Origin: Candidatus Spongiisociaceae bacterium
GTDB lineage: Bacteria > Actinomycetota > Acidimicrobiia > Spongiisociales > Spongiisociaceae
Assembly (NCBI GenBank): GCA_965262915.1
Contig: OZ253564.1
Coordinates: 4,800,001 to 4,864,000 of the forward strand
Length of the DNA: 64,000 nt
Direction: 5' to 3'
Shown here: piece by piece, positions 60,406-64,000 of the stretch
Layout of the letters: each line of letters begins with the position of its first letter
Numbering within the stretch: position 1 is the first letter of the stretch
Notes under the pieces: model-generated
Database searches by the model: none
What the model saw: only the letters and a program-made list of their open reading frames with translations
What the model was told of the DNA's origin: nothing
Program-made: the position numbers and the translations under genes

Positions 60406-61409
60406 ACACGACGAAACTTCTCGACGTGAAGAACCTTGAGGTCCGGTTCGACATCCCGGAAGGAACCGTGCATGCGGTCAACGGAGTGACGCTCTCCGTC
60501 GCCAAGGGTGAGACGCTGGCCATCGTGGGCGAAAGCGGAAGCGGGAAGTCTGTCACGATGCTCGCCCTGCTGCGGCTGCTCGCCGAGCCACCGGCACGGA
60601 TATCCAACGGCACCGCGACGTTCGAAACCGCGGACGGAACGATCAACCTCCTTGAGGAGTCCCAGCGCCGGCTGCGACGGGTTCGAGGGGCCGAGATCGG
60701 GTTCGTTTCCCAGGATCCCATGAGCTCCCTCAATCCAACAGTGCGAATCTCCACCCAGCTCATCGACGTGATCCGCACCCATCTCGGTCTATCGAGGCGG
60801 CAGGCTCGCAAGCGCGCCATCAAGCTGCTGGAGAGGGTCGGGATACCCGACGCCGCGGGACGCGCCGACGCCTACCCTCACGAGTTCTCCGGAGGCATGC
60901 GACAGCGCGTCATGATCGCTGTTGCAGTGGCCTGCGACCCCCAGCTGGTGATTGCCGATGAGCCGACGACGGCGCTCGACGTGACGATACAGGCCCAAAT
61001 CGCGGAGCTTATGCACGACTTGCGCGAGGAACTCGGGCTGGCCCTGATCTGGATCACGCACGACCTCGGCGTCGTCGCTGGCCTGGCCGACCGAGTAGCA
61101 GTCATGTACGCCGGCCGGCTCGTAGAGATCTCCGATGTGGCCAGCCTATACCAGCGGCCGCTGCACCCGTACACAATCGGGCTCCTAGCCGCTCTGCCCA
61201 AGATGGGCAACCGGGCCGACCGGTTGATCAGCATCCCCGGCCTGCCGCCCGATCTCATCGACGAGCCAACCCATTGCCCGTTCGCGGCTCGCTGCCCCCA
61301 TGTGTTCGACCGCTGCATAAGCGAGGTGCCGCCGCTGTTCGAGCCGACCCGCGGCCGACACGTCGCGTGTTTCTACGACGTCGAGGCGGGGGCGCCCCGA
61401 CATGACTGA
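60402..61409 (+). CDS. ABC ATPase (DppD/OppD-like)
   Basis: GESGSGKS, FSGGMRQR, IADEPTTALD, HPYT..L, CPFA.RC. Confidence 0.95.
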   Translation: MNTTKLLDVKNLEVRFDIPEGTVHAVNGVTLSVAKGETLAIVGESGSGKSVTMLALLRLLAEPPARISNGTATFETADGTINLLEESQRRLRRVRGAEIGFVSQDPMSSLNPTVRISTQLIDVIRTHLGLSRRQARKRAIKLLERVGIPDAAGRADAYPHEFSGGMRQRVMIAVAVACDPQLVIADEPTTALDVTIQAQIAELMHDLREELGLALIWITHDLGVVAGLADRVAVMYAGRLVEISDVASLYQRPLHPYTIGLLAALPKMGNRADRLISIPGLPPDLIDEPTHCPFAARCPHVFDRCISEVPPLFEPTRGRHVACFYDVEAGAPRHD

Positions 61410-62493
61410 GCTCGCTTCCACTGAGCCGGTCGAGCCCGTCGCCGGGTCGGAGCCGGTGGCCGCGGCAGGCAGTCCTGCTGAGCCGGTGCTCCGGGTCGTG
61501 AACATGACGAAGTACTTCCCGGGCAAGTCGATCAACATGCCGATCAAGGCGGTCGATGGTTTGAGCTTCGAGATCTTCGCGGGCGAGACGCTCGGGCTGG
61601 TCGGCGAGAGCGGGTGCGGCAAGTCCACCACCGGGCGGGCTGTGCTGCAGCTCCATCGCCCTTCTTCCGGCCAGGTCTGGCTAGGCGACCTCGAGCTCAC
61701 GACCCTCGGCGAGAAGGAGCTGCGCAAGCTCCGACCGCGTATGCAGATGATCTTCCAAGACTCGTACGCGTCGCTGAATCCCCGTCACACGGTAGGCCGC
61801 ATCATCGGCGAGCCGATGAGGGTCCACACCGAGATGACACCGCAACAGATCCTCGACCGGGTGCTCGAGCTTCTCGACCTGGTGGGCCTCCGGGCCGCTC
61901 ACCGCACCCGCTACCCCCACGAGTTCTCCGGGGGTCAGCGCCAGCGCATCAACATCGCCCGGGCTCTCGCCCTCAGCCCCGACCTGATCGTCTGCGACGA
62001 GCCCATCTCTGCGCTCGATGTGTCGATCCAAGCGCAGGCGATCAACCTCTTGGCCGATCTTCAGGACGAGTTCGGAATCGCCTACCTGTTCGTGGCCCAC
62101 GACCTCTCGATGGTGGAGCACATCTCCGACCGAGTCGCGGTGATGTATCTCGGACACATCGTCGAGCTCGCCGAGACTGAGTCTCTGTTCGAGGCGACGC
62201 TCCACCCGTACACGCAGGCCTTGTTGTCGGCGGTTCCCGTTCCAGATCCCATGATCGAGTCCGGCCGGACCCGCATCCCTCTCGTCGGAGAGGTTCCGAG
62301 TCCCGCGGCCCCACCGCCCGGGTGCGTGTTCTCGACCCGCTGCCCGTTGGTTGTCGACCGCTGCCGTGCTGAGGTGCCCGAACTCCGTGAGATCATCCCC
62401 AACCATTGGGCTGCGTGCCATCTAGCCGATCAGGAAGGCTCGTCGATAGTCGGTAAGCCCCGTCGTCCGATCAGCGGGGGGGCGCGACAGTGA
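61402..62493 (+). CDS. ABC ATPase (DppF/OppF-like)
   Basis: GESGCGKS, FSGGQRQR, CDEPISALD, HPYTQAL, GC.F..RCP. Confidence 0.95.
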   Translation: MTELASTEPVEPVAGSEPVAAAGSPAEPVLRVVNMTKYFPGKSINMPIKAVDGLSFEIFAGETLGLVGESGCGKSTTGRAVLQLHRPSSGQVWLGDLELTTLGEKELRKLRPRMQMIFQDSYASLNPRHTVGRIIGEPMRVHTEMTPQQILDRVLELLDLVGLRAAHRTRYPHEFSGGQRQRINIARALALSPDLIVCDEPISALDVSIQAQAINLLADLQDEFGIAYLFVAHDLSMVEHISDRVAVMYLGHIVELAETESLFEATLHPYTQALLSAVPVPDPMIESGRTRIPLVGEVPSPAAPPPGCVFSTRCPLVVDRCRAEVPELREIIPNHWAACHLADQEGSSIVGKPRRPISGGARQ

Positions 62494-62569
62494 GTTCAGC
62501 GCGTCGTCCCTAGCCAATGGGCCATCAACTAGCCGACGCGACCCTGCCGGCTCCTCCGACGGCGCTCTG

Positions 62570-63433
62570 ATGAAGTTCGTATCATACAACATCCGCTTCT
62601 CACAGGGAAAGGACGGCCGCTTCGACCTCAGGAGAATCGCCGACGCGGTACGTGGCGCCGACGTGATCGCACTGCAGGAAGTCGTGCGCAACGTCGACGC
62701 GGTTCCTGACAAAGATCAACCAGCCCGGCTGGGCGAGTTGCTCACTCAGCATCACTGGGTGTACGGAGCCAACGTCGATCTCGACGCGAGCTCGAGAACT
62801 GCCAGTAGGCCACTCGAGCATCGTCGACTTCAGTTCGGCAACGTGGTCCTTTCCCGCTGGCCGATCCTGTCGTGCCGGAATCTGCTGTTGCCGAGAGTCA
62901 GGGTCATCAATGCCCACGGAGCTCAACTCGGCGCGCTTGAAGCAGTCATCGACGCCCCATCCGGGCCTCTTCGGTGCTACTCGCTCCATCTCGATGCGGT
63001 CAACCCCCGGCAACGGCGAACCGCGATCGAGTACCTGCTGCCGCTTCTGTTTCGAGTTCCCTTTGACGGGGTGTCGGTCACCGGCATCGAATGGCTGGGT
63101 ATCGCCGAGAGCCCAGCGCCCGCTGAGTTCGTGGCGATGGGCGACTTCAACCTGACTCCAACGTCGGCCGAGTACCCGCTCATCGTCGGCGAGGCTGACT
63201 ACTACTACGGCCGTACTCTCGCAGGTGACCGGCTGGTGGACACGTGGACCGCGGCCGGCAACCCTGTCGAGGAGGGAATCACCTGGTACGACGAGAGCCA
63301 GGGGTTCGAGGTCGGCTTGAAGCTCGACTACGGATTCGTGACGCCGGGCCTGGCATCAGGGGTCGAATCTGCGTGGATCGACGACGACGCGGTCGGGTCG
63401 GACCACCAGCCAACGTGGTTCGAGCTCAACTAG
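62570..63433 (+). CDS. Endonuclease/exonuclease/phosphatase (EEP) family protein
   Basis: SYNI, ALQEV, GN.VLSR, GDFN, LDY.FV, SDHQP. Confidence 0.93.
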   Translation: MKFVSYNIRFSQGKDGRFDLRRIADAVRGADVIALQEVVRNVDAVPDKDQPARLGELLTQHHWVYGANVDLDASSRTASRPLEHRRLQFGNVVLSRWPILSCRNLLLPRVRVINAHGAQLGALEAVIDAPSGPLRCYSLHLDAVNPRQRRTAIEYLLPLLFRVPFDGVSVTGIEWLGIAESPAPAEFVAMGDFNLTPTSAEYPLIVGEADYYYGRTLAGDRLVDTWTAAGNPVEEGITWYDESQGFEVGLKLDYGFVTPGLASGVESAWIDDDAVGSDHQPTWFELN

Positions 63434-64000
63434 GGCCTGTTGACACTGCGTAGGGCTTCGGTTATCAGCACGAGGGTGATGAACCCGATGTAGATCAGGT
63501 CGAGTTTGTCGTAGCGGGAGAAGATACGGCGGTATCGTTTCAGCCGGCGGAACAGTCGCTCTACCTGGTTGCGTCTCTTGTACATCTGTCGGTTGTGGTC
63601 CCACGGTGTTTTGCGGTTGCTTTTGGGGGGAACTACCGGTGTGTAGCCGAGTTCGAGCGCGAGTTGTCGTGTCTGGTTGCCCTCATGGGCACGGTCCATC
63701 ACCAAGAACCGCTTCTGGGGCTGGGGACCGACGCCTGCGAGCAGTTCGCAGCCCGGTCGGGGCGTCGTGGGCTTGACCCGGCGACAGCGACAGGGTTATC
63801 GCTGTCCGGTCGTGGGCGGCGACCGTGTGAATCTTGGTGGTCCACCCGCCCCGGGACTTCCCGATGGACTGTGGACCCCCTTTTTGTGGGTGCCGGTACC
63901 GTAGGGATGGACCTTGACGATTGTGGAGTCGATCCCGACGGCTTCGGTGTTGAGGTTTATGGTCCCTTCTTGGGCTAACCCCTTCAGTATCCGGTCTAGG
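63433..64000 (-). mobile_element. IS5-family (IS427 group) element, partial at window edge; transposase frameshifted
   Basis: IDSTIVKVH, IGKSRGGWTTKIH, MDRA.EG, YKRRNQVERLFRRLK..RYDKL; frameshift near 63750; end GGGCCTGTTGACA. Confidence 0.93.

Overview
GC-rich bacterial chromosomal segment. Gene content (WhiB, ppgK, F420-type LLM oxidoreductase, Rv2466c-like reductase next to pepN, DUF222-HNH, MMPL, MutT1-like NUDIX) points to an actinobacterium, probably Acidimicrobiia (inference). It is mostly housekeeping and metabolic genes (pepN, gnd, hflX, sigma-70 factor, fused E1 dehydrogenase, hisC, proA, betC, a Dpp/Opp ABC system), mixed with IS elements (IS1380, IS110 remnant, IS3, IS5, a MITE) and four toxin-antitoxin loci whose toxins are broken. 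Main signals the ORF track misses: (1) a tRNA-Sec and a hidden selenoprotein, an Rv2466c/DsbA-like reductase with a UPWC motif and a SECIS-like hairpin; (2) a free-standing, highly structured ~275-nt RNA candidate between convergent genes, with a strong SD and a 14-codon sORF; (3) an intact DAHP-synthase-fold protein that has lost most catalytic residues, fused to chorismate mutase and preceded by a Tyr/Phe leader-peptide attenuator; (4) a divergent orphan GroES-like protein; (5) a solitary CRISPR-like repeat. All family calls come from manual motif recognition; no database searches were run.
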